A stretch of 64,000 nucleotides of DNA from assembly GCA_036867785.1 (NCBI GenBank), contig CP145418.1:1240001-1304000 (forward strand). The letters are read 5' to 3'. The translations under genes and the position numbers were made by a program. The notes beneath the pieces are model-generated. The model made no database searches and was not told where the DNA came from. It saw only the letters and a list, made by a program, of their open reading frames with translations. Below, piece by piece: positions 1 through 12,396 of this stretch. This DNA is from Plasmodiophora brassicae (lineage: Eukaryota). Numbering within the stretch: the stretch's first letter is position 1; every line of letters starts with the position of its first letter.

Positions 1-406
1 ATATTGGTGGACGTCCAGTTGGGCATGTTTCGACTCGGTAGGAACACAAGCGTGTTCGAAGTACGGGCAGTGTCAACACCTGAACGGTGCTCGAGCTCCT
101 TGTCGAAACCGGTGTTAGCTGCGAAAGCAGTCGAGCAGTACCTTTATCGGGCTGGGCTGTACAGTCACCTCTCCTGGGGCGTGTTTGCACGCTCGATGCA
201 TTCGTACGTTGATACTGGTCCATGCCCTGGGCCGGACGAGTTCGGCTTCAGGGGTTGTCCCAGGTTACCGAGAGCTGTGCCAGTGCAGGTGCAATGGCAA
301 ATCGGTACATGATTCAAACCGGGAATTTATTGACGTTCACAATAATAAGAGAAGAGGAAGAGCACGAAGACGCAGGAGTGCGCGCGCCGAGCTGAAGGCG
401 AATTGG

Positions 407-1283
407 TCAGACGGCGGCAAGTTGGCCTGTGCCGTGCACAGCCTCTTTGGCACGAGCGTCCCTGCGCCGGGTCCAGACCAGGCCCGCGACCAGGGTGACG
501 ATGACCCCAATGATCACACCGGCCGCTGCACTGATCACGGTGACAGACGAACCCGCAGACGTGCTGCTGTTCGAAGCGTTCGACTGGATAACCGCTTGCT
601 GACGGTTCGTCGTCGCGAACCGGCGACTCCACGACGACGTCGTTGGCAACGGGCGGCGCACCGTTGGCAAACGTGTCGCCTGACGAGCGGATGTTGGCGA
701 AGGCGCCGTTGGCGGTGGTGTTGGGGAGTTCCCTTGCGCAGGAGTTGGCGTCGGACGCGGTGTTGGCCTGTTGCCTGGCGTTGGACTGGGTGTCGGACGT
801 GGTGTCGGCGAGGAGTTTGTCGGCGCTGGCGTGGGTGTCGGGCGCGGGGTTGGCGAGGATGATGCTGGTGCCGGCAATGCAGTCGGACCGGCCGTTGGTG
901 CTGGGGTCGGCGATGGACGCGGCGTTGGTGCCGCCGGCGAAGGCGTTGGAAACAGAGGCACCGCAGATCCGGAAGGCGCCCCTTGTACGGTTCGGTACCC
1001 GTTGCGGTCGTACGTCTGACAAGCGTGGTATTCCGGGCCCAGATGGCAGGCCTTGACGATGCCCTCGAAATTGGCGGCGTTCGTGGCGGCACAGGCGGTG
1101 GCGACAGACTTGATGACGGGGCAGCCGCCGTCGCCTTTGTCGGTGTACTCGGAGGCGAACACGGGCTTGCCCGCCTGGATGAACGGGTTGTACAGAGCGC
1201 AGTCGCCCGAGTACTCGGCGCAGGACTCGACGATGGCAAAGTCGAACAGGGAGGCCAGGTTGTACGGCTGGACCAGGTCGCCG

Positions 1284-1351
<68 letters not shown>

Positions 1352-2028
1352 TTCTTCAGGCCAACGGCCATGCCCAGGGCGTGCACCGTCGTGGAGATCC
1401 AGTTCAGGTAGGCAATGGCGTCGCTCTCGGTCAGGGGGAATCCTGTCGTTTCCCCGTACGTGTCCAGGTTGTCGGGTTCGATGGCATGGCACCCGATCGA
1501 GGCCATACGCTCGAACCGGGCCTTCATCAGCGATCGGGTCTCCGCGCGACGAGTGTCCAGGAATTTCTCGTTGGGCCACCCCGGATACTGGTTGCCGATG
1601 ATCGTGGGCGTGACCGCAGTGAACAGGTTCGCATCCGAACGATTCGTCTCCAAGGAGCCGACTGCCGCGACCAGTCAGAGTACAGACAGGAACGATCTGT
1701 GCTGACGCCATGCTACCGTTGACATAGCAGATGATGTACCGGTTGTTGGCGTGCAGGGCGTCCATCAGCGTGGTAACGTCACTTCCAGTGAGTAGGTCCG
1801 GGTCGAGATCCCAGACGGGAACGTTGGGCGCTGTCACATTCGGCACGGTCGTGAAGGACAGCTCCCACTGAGGTCACGCCCGGATATCAGTGCGAATCGT
1901 CCCGGAGCCGCGTTGCACACACATACCTGCCAGCCCATGCCGATCTGCGGTCGGGTCCAGGTCGCGTCGACGCCTGACATGGCGTACAGGACGGACGCTG
2001 CCAAAGCCAGAATGCTCGGGATGCCCAT
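407..2028 (-). pseudogene. GH114 (endo-alpha-1,4-polygalactosaminidase-like) type I membrane protein, copy A; frameshifted by a 65-nt poly(A) insert
   Basis: Exons 2028-1927, 1867-1717, 1661-407 with GT-AG introns. Signal peptide MGIPSILALAASVLYAMSG; GH114 motifs [42 protein letters not shown]; Pro/Thr/Ser stalk; C-terminal TM. T65 at 1286-1350 shifts the frame between KN and CGDL. Confidence 0.85.
1286..1350. repeat. T65 homopolymer (A65 on the coding strand)
   Basis: Direct count of uninterrupted T. Confidence 0.98.
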
Positions 2029-2628
2029 AACGTCAACGAGTAGACGTCCAGCAAGATTCGAAATGGCTGCGAGCGCCTCGTGCATGATTGGATATGAAAA
2101 CCGCTGCCTGCGGTCAACATATCGTCTTTGATGTGACTCATTGTTGAACAGATATTGCTCAGCCCTCCGGCAGATTCAGATCAAACCGACAACAGGATAT
2201 CTCGTGCGAATTCGACAGAGAACAGGGTTTAGAGCACCCTCGTCGCCGAGGATCAAGGCTACAGGAACGTGAAACGGGGCCATCCATGCCAGCATGGCGG
2301 GTAATGGCCAGAATGAACTTCTTTCCCGGGAGCAGAACCAGACGTTTCTGCAGTGCCGAATAATGTCGACTGGAAACCCCATTCGAACATGATACAACGA
2401 TCGGGTAGTCGTCCAGCGTCATCATCAAGCAATGGTCCAGGATCACGCACAAGATAAGGTCTGGCTTCACGACTTCGCTGATCTGGGTATGCGAATAGAG
2501 CCAATACATAGCGGTGAGCTCATGATTCAAATTGGGCGTTCATTGGGGTTTGAAACGAAACATAGGAGAAACAACGAGGATAGGCGAACGAGGGAATGCC
2601 GGCTGGGTTCAGCGGTGGGCGAAGTCGC

Positions 2629-4630
2629 TCACACGGCCGCGGGCTGGTTCGCGTAATACAGAGTCTGCTTGGCGCGAGCGTCTCTGCGACGGATCCAGAA
2701 CTGGAAGGCGACCAGGGTGCCGACGACCCCGATCGCCACACCAGCCATAGCACTGAGCACGGTGACAGATGGCCCTGCAGACGTGCTGCTGTTGGAGACG
2801 CTGGACTGGATGACGGCTTGCTCACGGTTCGTCGTCGCGAAACGACGACTCCACGTCTGCGCCTTGGTTGATCGGCGGCGTACTGTTGGTAGGGGCAAAT
2901 ACACTCGACGCGTAGAGGTGAGCGCCGGCGTCGGCTGAGCTGCTGGGGAACTTGCTTGCGCTGGGCCTGGGGCAGGAGTCGGTAGCGATGTTGGAGGGGG
3001 TGCTGGAGTCGGAGACGGCGTTGGCGAGGGGGTAGGCTGGGGCGTTGGCGGGATTGCTGGCGCTGAAGACGGTGTCGGACGTGGCGTTGGCGACGGAGAC
3101 GGCGTCGGCTGAGGCGTGGGACTGCTAGGCGGCGCCGGGGTCGGCGCTGGCGAGGGTGCTGGCGTTGGCAAGGGCGTCGGCTGTGGCGTGGGCGGGATTG
3201 CTGGCGCTGAGGACGGTGTCGGACGCGGCGTTGGCGTCGGAGACGGCGTCGGCTGTGGCGTGGGAGTGCTAGGCGGCGCTGGGGTCGGTGCTGGCGAGGG
3301 TGCTGGCGTTGGCAAGGGCGTCGGTTGTGGCGTGGGTGGGCTCGGGGTCGGTGAAGGACGCGGTGTTGGAGATAAACCGGGCGTTGGAGACAGCGTCGGC
3401 TGAGGCGTTGGAGAGAGCGTCGGCAGAGGCGTTGGAGACGGCGTCGGCTGAGGCGTTGGAGAGAGCGTCGGCTGAGGCGTTGGAGACGGCGTCGGCTGAG
3501 GCGTTGGAGAGAGCGTCGGCAGAGGCGTTGGAGACGGCGTCGGCTGAGGCGTTGGAGAGAGCGTCGGCTGAGGCGTTGGAGACGGCGTCGGCTGAGGCGT
3601 TGGGGACGGCGTCGGGGACATTGGGGGAGCGGCGGTCGCCCCTGCTCGGTACCCGTTGCTGTCGTACGTCTGGCACGTCTGGTATTCCGTGCCCACATCG
3701 CAGGTCTTGATGATGCCCTCGAAATTGGCGGCGTTCGTGGCGGCACAGGCGGTGGCGACAGACTTGATGACAGGGCAGCCACCGTCGCCTTTGGTGGTGT
3801 ACTCGGCGGCGAACACAGGCTTGCCCGCCTGGATGAACGGGTTGTACTGAGCGCAGTCGCCCGAGTACTCAGCGCAGGACTCGACGACGGCGAAGTCGAA
3901 TATGGAGGCCAGTTTGTAGGTACTGACCAGGTCGCCAGTGTTCTTCAGGCCAACGGCCATGCCCAGGTCGTGCACCGTCGTGGAGATCCAGTTCATGTAG
4001 TTGATCGCGTCAGTAAGCGTCAGGTCGGTCTTGCCCGCGGGGAACGTGTCGTACGTGTAGCTGTCCAGGTTGTCAGGCTCGACGGCGTGGCACCCGTACG
4101 ACGCCATGCGCTCGAATCGGGTCTTGATCAGCGCCCGTGTCTCATCCCGCCGAATGTCCAGGAAGTACTCCCCAGGCCATCCCGGATACGCGTTGCCAAC
4201 GATCGTGGGCGTGACAGCAGTGAACAGGTTCGCATCCGACTTGCCCGTGTCCAGGGAACCCACTGCAGGACATGTCAGAACTGCTCGACAGTGCCATTGT
4301 TGATGGCAATGTTATATACCGTTGACGTAGCAGATGACGTATCGGTTGTTGGCGTGCAGGGCGTTCATCAGCGCGGTAATGTCACTCGTAGAGGACAGTT
4401 GTTCAGGGTCGAGATCCCAGACGGGGACGTTCGGTTTCGACACATCTGGTACAGTGCTGAAGGTCAGCCTCCACTAAGCAATGTTTAGGATACCAGTCCA
4501 GAAGGGGCATAAAGACATTGAATACCTCCCAGGCCATTCCGACCTGTGGCCGGGTCCAGGTCCCTTCGACGTTTGTCACCCCATACAGCACAGCCACTGC
4601 TGCCAATGCCAGCGCTCTCGTAGCACCCAT
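2629..4630 (-). CDS. GH114 type I membrane protein, copy B (long PT stalk)
   Basis: Exons 4630-4526, 4473-4320, 4262-2629. Signal peptide; [18 protein letters not shown] motifs; long (SPTPQPT[P/L])n stalk; [21 protein letters not shown]. Confidence 0.9.
3385..3616. repeat. 24-bp coding minisatellite (SPTPQPT[P/L] units) in the stalk of GH114 copy B
   Basis: Repeating ggcgttggaga(c/g)(g/a)gcgtcggc(t/a)ga, about 9-10 units. Confidence 0.9.
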
Positions 4631-4703
4631 AACGTCGACCACTCTGGCGACCAGCAAGATACGAAATGGCCATGAGCAGCGCCTCGCAGATTGTAGAATC
4701 AGA

Positions 4704-4793
4704 TTGTAGAAGATCTGATCTCGACGTAGCGGGTTGTAGAATATCCGATCTCGGCGTAGGGCAATGTAGAATATCTGGCCTCGGCGTAGGGTG
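4704..4793. repeat. Three 30-bp degenerate tandem repeats upstream of GH114 copy B
   Basis: ttgtagaagatctgatctcgacgtagcggg / ttgtagaatatccgatctcggcgtagggca / atgtagaatatctggcctcggcgtagggtg. Confidence 0.85.
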
Positions 4794-5753
4794 ATGCGGA
4801 GATCTGAACACATTGAAGATCTCTGCACCTGCTGCTGCATCAGATATCTAATTAGAAGGTGGAACGAGATCTCCTACGGCAGATTCGGGTCAACCCGACG
4901 GCAGATTCGGGTCATCGGCCACGGTTGAAATCTCGCGTACGCTGAACATGGAGATATATCAGGATACCTTGCCGACCCGTACAACGTGGTTGACATATGT
5001 ACAGCCGGAACGTGTTCTGAGTCGGTAGGTGATGTGCGCATGCGCGCGGATCGTCGCTGGTGTTGCCCCAAATCTGGTCTGCCGACGTGTGACAACGGGT
5101 ACGAAACTGAGACGACGTACCGGTCGTGAGTGAACAGATGGGGTTCGTTCGGCTTGTCCCCTGCGAATGTGTCATAACACGGAACAGGGTCTCGAACAAG
5201 TCGGTCAGTGCCATCTTGTGCAAGGCCGGCGCCCGGTCGATCAGCTGGACGCCATACAACGATTTTCGTACTCGTGGTGAACCTGCGTTCGAAAAGCGCT
5301 CCACCATCGCGCGTCGTCAAGTGCGACGTCGTTGCCGTCTGTTGCTGGCAAACCTATCGCTGCAGGCATTCCGCACCTGGGACAGGCAATTCGTCGCCGA
5401 TGGCAACGTTTTTCATCAACGTGAATATCGTCGATACCGGTCAGCAGAACGGATCGGGACGTACTTATCGAACCGCAGATGCACCAGGACCCTCAGAGCG
5501 CGCCATTTCCATTCGGGTGGGGCGGGGGCTCTTGACGGTGATGCCAGGCGTGACTCGACAAAGTACACAAACGGCACATGGCCGTGCCCGGGTCACATTG
5601 TCGGCTGCTGACAGTACTGAGCGCAGGGGGCCCGACGGGCGTCCCAATTCGGTGAAAACTGACTGGTGCCTCTTTTATCAGTGAAGGAATAGCAGAGGGC
5701 AAACGGAACGAAGAAGAGAATATAGATGGCATCCAGCTGCAGGGTGAAGGCGC

Positions 5754-7371
5754 TCAGACGACGGCGAGCTGGCCTGTGTAATGCACTGTCTCTTTGGCAC
5801 GAGCGTCCCTGCGCCGGATCCAGACCTGGCAGGCAAGCATGGTGCCGATCGCCCCGATGACCGCGCCTGCCACGCCACCCAGCACGATGACGGACGAACC
5901 GGCAGGCGTGCTGTTGATTGAGCCATCCGATTGGATAACCGCTTGCTGACGGTTTGTCGTCGCCAAGCGCCGGCTCCACGACGTCGTCGTTGCTGGACGG
6001 CGTATTGTCGGTAGACGTGGATTAGCCTGACGAACGGACGTCATTGGCGAAGGAGCCGCCTGTGGTGTCGGAGCGGTTCCCTGCCCTGGGGTCGGTGTCG
6101 GAAGCGGTGCTGGGGTTGGCGACGGAAGCGGCGCTGGCGTGTTGGCTGGCGTTGGGCTTGGTGCTGGGCGCGGTGTCGGCGAGTTTGCCGGTGTCGGGGA
6201 AGGCGTCGGACGCGGGGTCGGCGAGTTTGCTGGCGTTGGGGATGGCGTCGGACGCGGAGTGGGCGAGTTTGCTGGCGTTGGGGACGGCAGCGGCGTCGGC
6301 GAGTTCGCTGGCGGCGCTGGAGTCGGCGCCGGCGTCGGAGACGGCGACACGGCCGGACCAGGCGACACGGTTCGGTACCCGTTGCTGTTGTACGTCTGGC
6401 AGGATTGGTACTCGGTGCCCAGGTTGCACGACTTGACGATGCCCTCGAAATTGGCGGCGTTCGTCGCCGCACACGCCGAGGCGACCGAGGCGACGATGGG
6501 GCAGCCACCCGATCCGGCCGTCGTGTACTCGGCGGCGAACACGGGCTTGCCCGCCTGGATGAACGGGTCGTACTGAGCGCACGTGCCCGGGAATTCGGCG
6601 CAGGACTCGACGATGGCAAAGTCGAACTTGGAGACCAGGTTGTAGGGCGTGACCAGGGGGCCGCCGTTCTTCAGGCCAATGGCCATGCCCAGGTCGTGCA
6701 CCGTCGTGGAGATCCAGTCCATGTAGTCGAGGGCATCGGCAATCGTCAGGTTCGGCTTGCTCGGTTGGAACGTGTTCTCCGTGTACGTGTCCAGGTTGTC
6801 GGGCTCGATGGCATGGCACCCGTACGAGGCCATGCGCTGGAACCGGGCCTTGACCAGCGCCCGTGTCTCATCCCGACGTGTGTCCAGGAAGAACTCGCCG
6901 GGCCAGCCTGGGTACGGGTTGCCGATGATCGTGGGCTTGACCGCTGTGAACGAGTTCGCGTCGGCGACGCCCGAGTCCAGTGAGCCCACTGTCGACCAGG
7001 GCCAGGTCAGCACACGTCGACAGAAGCGTCTATGCCAACGGCGGTACCGTTGACGTAGCAGATGATGTAGCGGTTGTTGGCGCGCAGGGCGTTCATCAGC
7101 GTCGGAATGTCAGTCGAATCGAGCTGTTCAGGGTCGATGTCCCAGACAGGAACGTTCGGCTTCGCCACATTCGGGATGGAGTTGAAGGCCAGCTCCCACT
7201 ATGTAGGCAGTCGTAGAAGGTCAGACCGGCGATGACTGTTACCCCAGCACACGTTGCACTTGCCTGCCAACCCATGCCGACCTGTGGCACGGTCCAGGTC
7301 GCGTCGACATTGGCCATCCCGAACAGGAACGCGGCGGCTGACACCGCCACCAGCGCACTCATGACGCCCAT
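5754..7371 (-). CDS. GH114 type I membrane protein, copy C
   Basis: Exons 7371-7264, 7198-7048, 6988-5754; first intron has a GC donor (gcaagt). Same GH114 motifs, stalk and TM as copies A and B. Confidence 0.9.
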
Positions 7372-7622
7372 AACACCAACGTTGCAACACCAGATAATTG
7401 TTATGTGTTCATGAGCGTCGCGTGCATCGCCAATATCTACCCCCTGGGGCGTCAGGATGGCCATAGCGGGCAAATCGTCGAGATATTTCGGCACATATCG
7501 CAGCGCCAGAGATCGTCAGAGAGCGCGTCGTTCAGCACAGATTTGGCATGATCCGCAACGTGGGATATCTTCCCGTTTATTGGATGCCGCTGAAGATTTG
7601 GCGCCCCATCGCGAGCGGCTGG

Positions 7623-9510
7623 TCAGGGCACCTGGCCCGCCTGATGCCGAGCAAAGATCTGCCAGGAGTACGGCACCCAGGACGACGTGTCGATTCGGTA
7701 CTGATCCACGACGCTGTCCTTCCTGGCGAGGAACTCGGCCGAGTACAGCGTCAGAAGGACCCCATTACCGAAGAACAGCGTTGACCAGAGGAACCTGTAA
7801 TGCACAGGGCATTGGCACGCGTAAGCCAGCCAGCCAGGCACACGGTCGTCGCAACGGACCAGTTCCACCCGTCACTGTTCCGTTTGTACGCGTTGTTCAG
7901 GAACATGAAGAAGACGCCGAACCCGGCAAACAGAATGAACATGACCGGGTACACGAACCCTGCGCGGACGCGTACATCAGCACCCTACACCACGATACGC
8001 TCTCGATGTGGTGATTGTGTTGCCCGGACCGAGGGTCATCGCCACCAAGTACTCATGGACGGCCGCCGAGATCAGGAACGACAGCAGCATGGCGGACAGC
8101 TTGCTGTACCCGCAGACGCCGCGAAAGTCGCTGTACAGGTACGCGTGGATCCAGTCGCCCACGACCTTTGGCAGACGCGCGTACTCAGCCCTGGCACACC
8201 TTGCAACGACCGCAAGCGGCCCAGGTCTGACCTTATTCCACCGCCTGTAGTACGACGCGTACGATCGGGCGGTCCACCACCTGCGGCGAACATCTCAGGG
8301 TACGTTCGGCATTGCCAGGGAGGCGCCCGCACCGTTGGTAGAATTCGCGGTCGGCGAATTGCAGAATTTCGGCGAACGCGTTCATCCAGGTGTGCAGAAC
8401 GCCGAAGAAGGCCATGCAGAACAGGGCCAGGCCGGGGATCATGGACGACATGATCGAGTGCAGCAGGGCGGACCAGGACCGCCAGCCGGGTTCCTGCGGC
8501 AGCGTCTGGCAGAAGATGTACCCGGTCAGCGTGATGCCCGCGCAGAAGTAGGCGGCGTAGGCGAGCACGCGGCCCCAGTGCGTCCTCGCCGTCCTCGGGT
8601 ACACGTTCCGGTACACGAGCGTGGGTGCGAACGAGAAGTAGACGTACTGGCGCAGGAGGCCCAGCGGATCGTCGAGCAGGCTGACCCGCAGGCGCTTGTA
8701 CCGTTCGGTGCCGGGCGCCTCCCGCGCGAACCGCCCCGTCTCGACCGTGAACGCGTGCATCTTCATGCTGTGCCTGGCGACCTCGCACATGACCATGCAG
8801 GCGCAGGGCGGCCGCAACCGGTACGTGCTGATCGCGTACCCGGCCTGGGCCCAGACGACGGCCTGCAGGGCGACGTAGGCGGCCAGGTGCGTCGCGCGGG
8901 ACAGGTACCCGGTGCGTCGCAGCGTGAACAGGGGGACCACCCAGAGCTGTGTGAACAGCAGGAGCGTGACGACGGACAGGGCGATGGACAGGTCCTGGAA
9001 CCCCCAGATGTACATCTCGACGAGCCTGTGCAGGCCGCGAAGGTCGGCCTCCCGGAAGACGTCGACGGCGACGACGGAGACGATGGCGATGACGGCCACG
9101 CGGACCAGGGCGGACGAGTCCTGGCACCCGAGGACGCTCTCGCGCGCCTCGAACTCCTTGTGGCTGTCCCGCGCCTCGTCGCCAGACGTCGGCTTCCCAG
9201 GTGACGACGTCGCCGCGTTCTTCATCAGCGTCGGCGCCCGCGTCGCATGGACCTGCGCCTCGAACGCGTCCAGCGTTGACAGGACCGTCTTGCGCAGCGA
9301 GTCGATCTGGTGGAGCATCAGGTCGGAACCGCTGACGATCACGTCGTGCAGCGTCCTCGACAGTTTCTCGTTGCGCAGGCGAAGGTCCTTGACCTCGGCG
9401 TTCTGCCGCTCAATCATCGCCTGCGCCTCCGCCAGCAGGTCGCCCCCTGATTTCGTCGCCGGCGCACCGGTCGCAGGGCTGACATCGCCGGGCGCTGTTG
9501 CATCCTTCAT
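7623..9510 (-). CDS. MBOAT sterol O-acyltransferase / DGAT1-like protein (multi-exon)
   Basis: YVYFSFAPTLVYRNVYPRT, FFGVLHTWMNAFAEILQFADREFY, DWIHAYLY, SAAVHEY (catalytic His); multiple TM segments. Confidence 0.88.
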
Positions 9511-9750
9511 CGACGATCGATCAAACGAAGCGAGTCGAGGCGTACGTCGAGATATTCGCAGCGCCAGATTCGATCGTTGGTGGTCTTTCACAAGTCGCCG
9601 GCGCGCGTGCACACACACACACACACAGCCTGTACGACCCCACGCGACCCAACAGCGATAGGCCTATGTCGGTAGTGGATGGCGTCTGCACACAGTTAGC
9701 GGTCGGCGCATGGAAGGATCCAGAACCATCGGTGGAGCTCGTGTCGACGT

Positions 9751-10787
9751 TTACTTCGTATCGGCTGTCGCCTTCGCGCTGACATCGCCCGAATCGACCA
9801 CTGCGGAGGACGACGCCTCGTTGTCCTTGCGTACGACGCCGACGATCTTCTCGATAATGTCGTCCTCGGTCATGTCGCGGCCGAATATGTCCACGACCTG
9901 GCGACAGAAACGGACGTCAGCATAGGCCACGTGCGCGACCGTTCAGACGGGGACGTACCGTGCCATCTCTGCCGATCAGGTACGCGAACAGAGAATGGTC
10001 CACCAGGTAGTTGTCGTCGTCGCCTTCGGGAGCGCTGAAGTAGACACGGAACCGTTTGGCCACCGCGTTGATCTCTGGCATCGACCCGGTGAGCGCCACC
10101 ATGCGCGGGTGATACTCTGTGCATCGATCCCTGAGCCTGAACCGCCACGACCCCAAACGAATGACCAAGCCGTACTTTTCTGGTACTCGCGAAGAACAGG
10201 AGGCCTATCCCGTTTCGGGTCGACTGTAATGAACACAGGGGTGACGACGGCGCCATCCAAGTCGAGCTTCTCTGCGCAACACGATTCTGGTCAGCGTCCC
10301 GTGGCAGACCACCCGAAGACGGTACGTTGGCAGACCAATCTCCACCAGGGCGTTCGTCAGCTTGGTGAGCTCGGTGGGGCACAGGTCAGGGCAGTTGGTG
10401 AACCCAAAGTAGAGCACGACGTACTGGCCCAGGAAATCCTCCGAGCGGACGATCGTGCCGGTCGAACTCAGCAACTGAAACGGGCCGCCCACATTCGGCT
10501 TCCCATACGCGACCGCCTGAGAACGCACTGTGCGACACGCTTTCCATTGGCCTGCGATGTACAGAGCGACCGGCGTAGTATGCCAAACCTTTCTTCTCCT
10601 GCACCTCCTGTTTGCGCGCATAGTAGAACGCCAGGGCGCCAGCGGACAGGGCCCCAAGTCCCAGTAGACGCGTCCAGCTGATCGGAATGGGCGCCCTCGA
10701 CGCAGGCTCTGCCGGGCCCGTCGACAGGACGCGATGCGTGCCGTGGCGAACACATCGACCCAACAGGATGCCGCGTCGATGCCACAT
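9751..10787 (-). CDS. SCO1: SCO1/SenC cytochrome c oxidase copper chaperone (multi-exon)
   Basis: Transit-like N-terminus, TM, GGPFQL, YFGFTNCPDLCPTEL (CxxxC), PVFITVDPKRD, YLVDHS. Confidence 0.92.
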
Positions 10788-11187
10788 ATTGTATCGGTGG
10801 GCACGGCGTTCCCCGCGGCACCCCACAGCCACAGGCAATGCCGAAAATGGGCGCAGCGACACTGCTGATGCGCTCCAGGTACGTAACAACCCGGTTTCAA
10901 CGGCACTTGGATCGGGCCAGGACTTCCTTGGGCCGCCAATCGTCCTCGGTATTTCCTGCGGGATGTCAGGTCCCGACCTGTGTCGCTAGGCGCACGCACG
11001 TGTGCAGGGAGGTGCCATCTGCTATGAGCCGCTGCCGTTTGAGAGCAATATCCCAGCCAAGCTGCTCGGGCGTCCTGGCGTCATCAGTCATGTGAGCAGT
11101 GAATTGCCCACGCGACTCTTCGGCGAACGGCGTCTACGTACTGCTCTGGGTATGTACAGCGATTAGCGGAACAAAAAAGTGAACCTG

Positions 11188-11259
11188 GGGCCCTTCCGCG
11201 AATCGAACGCGGGACCATCCCGACCCGAACGGGATATTATGCCACTAAACCAAAGGGCC
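11188..11259 (-). tRNA. tRNA-Pro (anticodon CGG)
   Basis: Acceptor GGCCCTT/AAGGGCC, D-arm TGGTTTAGTGG, anticodon arm TCCCG-TTCGGGT-CGGGA, T-loop GTTCGATT; Pol III T6 terminator at 11173-11178. Confidence 0.95.
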
Positions 11260-11856
11260 GCCACATGCACCAGCACAGGTTTTTATCACTATAACACCGT
11301 TGAAAGCAGCATTCCGACTGGATTCGCCGCACCGCTCTGCATTTCGTTCGCACTTCCTCGACGTGCGTCTGATTGGCAACGCCTCTGCACTTGCCGTACG
11401 CCCCACTCGCCCTACTCTCCGATTAGGACGTTCGCCTCCGCCGCCGACGTGTAACGGTCGGTTTGTATCGCGATCGGTCGCCTTTGCTCATATAAAAATG
11501 ATATGTGCAGCCACACACTATATCACTGCCGCGCGATCTGCAGCATTTCATCGCGGTAGGCCATCCGCGCGCAGGGACCTGTCCGAACTGTGGCCCATGC
11601 CACAAATCACGCACTGTACGCTGCCCAAGGCAAACCGGCATGCACAAACACGGGATCCCGGTAGTTGCCGAAGTTACGGCTTCCAACCGCGAGACACTTT
11701 GCACTCACCAACATTCCTATGACATTCGGCGTGCGCCGCTGAACGCAAAGCGTAGACATGGAATACTAGGGCGGGGTCCCTATATATGGGCAAGTGCGTG
11801 GCGGTGCCCACGGAGTCCGTAGGCCAGAGATTGTACGGCGTCGTTATTGGTTCGCG

Positions 11857-12360
11857 ATGAAGTTCAACCCAGGTGAGCCTTATCGCTTGCTCGAATCGCC
11901 CGTCGTGAACACGCCGAACTGATGGGTTGAACTCTGTGCAGCGGTCAGCTCGTCGCGCCGTAAGTCGCGCAAGGCGCATTTCTCGGCGCATTCTGAGGCT
12001 CGGCGCATCATCATGTCGGCGGCGCTCTCGAAGGACCTGCGTAAGAAGTACAATGTGCGATCCATGCCGATCCGCAAGGGCGATGAGGTCCAGGTTGTTC
12101 GCGGGACGTTCAAGTCCCGCGAGGGCTCCGTCCTCCAAGTGTACCGTAAGAAGTACGTTGTTCACATCAAGAACATCACGCGCGACAAGGCCAACGGCCA
12201 GTCCGTTTTCGTCGGCGTCCACCCGTCCAAGGTTGTCATCACGAAGCTCCAGCTGAACCGTGACCGCAAGCAGTCTCTGGAACGCAAGAACCGAACGGCG
12301 CAGGCCATGCAGAAGGGCAAATTCACCGAAGAGGACGTCGCCATGCAGGAGCTGGACTAG
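11857..12360 (+). CDS. RPL26: 60S ribosomal protein L26 (uL24)
   Basis: Exon 1 MKFNP, intron 11873-11941, then [14 protein letters not shown]...[27 protein letters not shown]-like tatatat at 11781. Confidence 0.97.
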
Positions 12361-12396
12361 AACGGACTCTGTGGACCCTCGATCTAACCAATACAG

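Noticed and set aside
1286-1350. Poly-Lys / poly-Phe proteins in the ORF track
   Set aside because: Translation products of the homopolymer; absent from the paralogs
2990-3620. Regular short repeats resembling a CRISPR array
   Set aside because: No unique spacers; coding Pro/Thr minisatellite in a eukaryotic gene
5030-5690. Possible small spliced plus-strand gene between GH114 copies B and C
   Set aside because: Plausible splice sites, but no recognisable product or confident model
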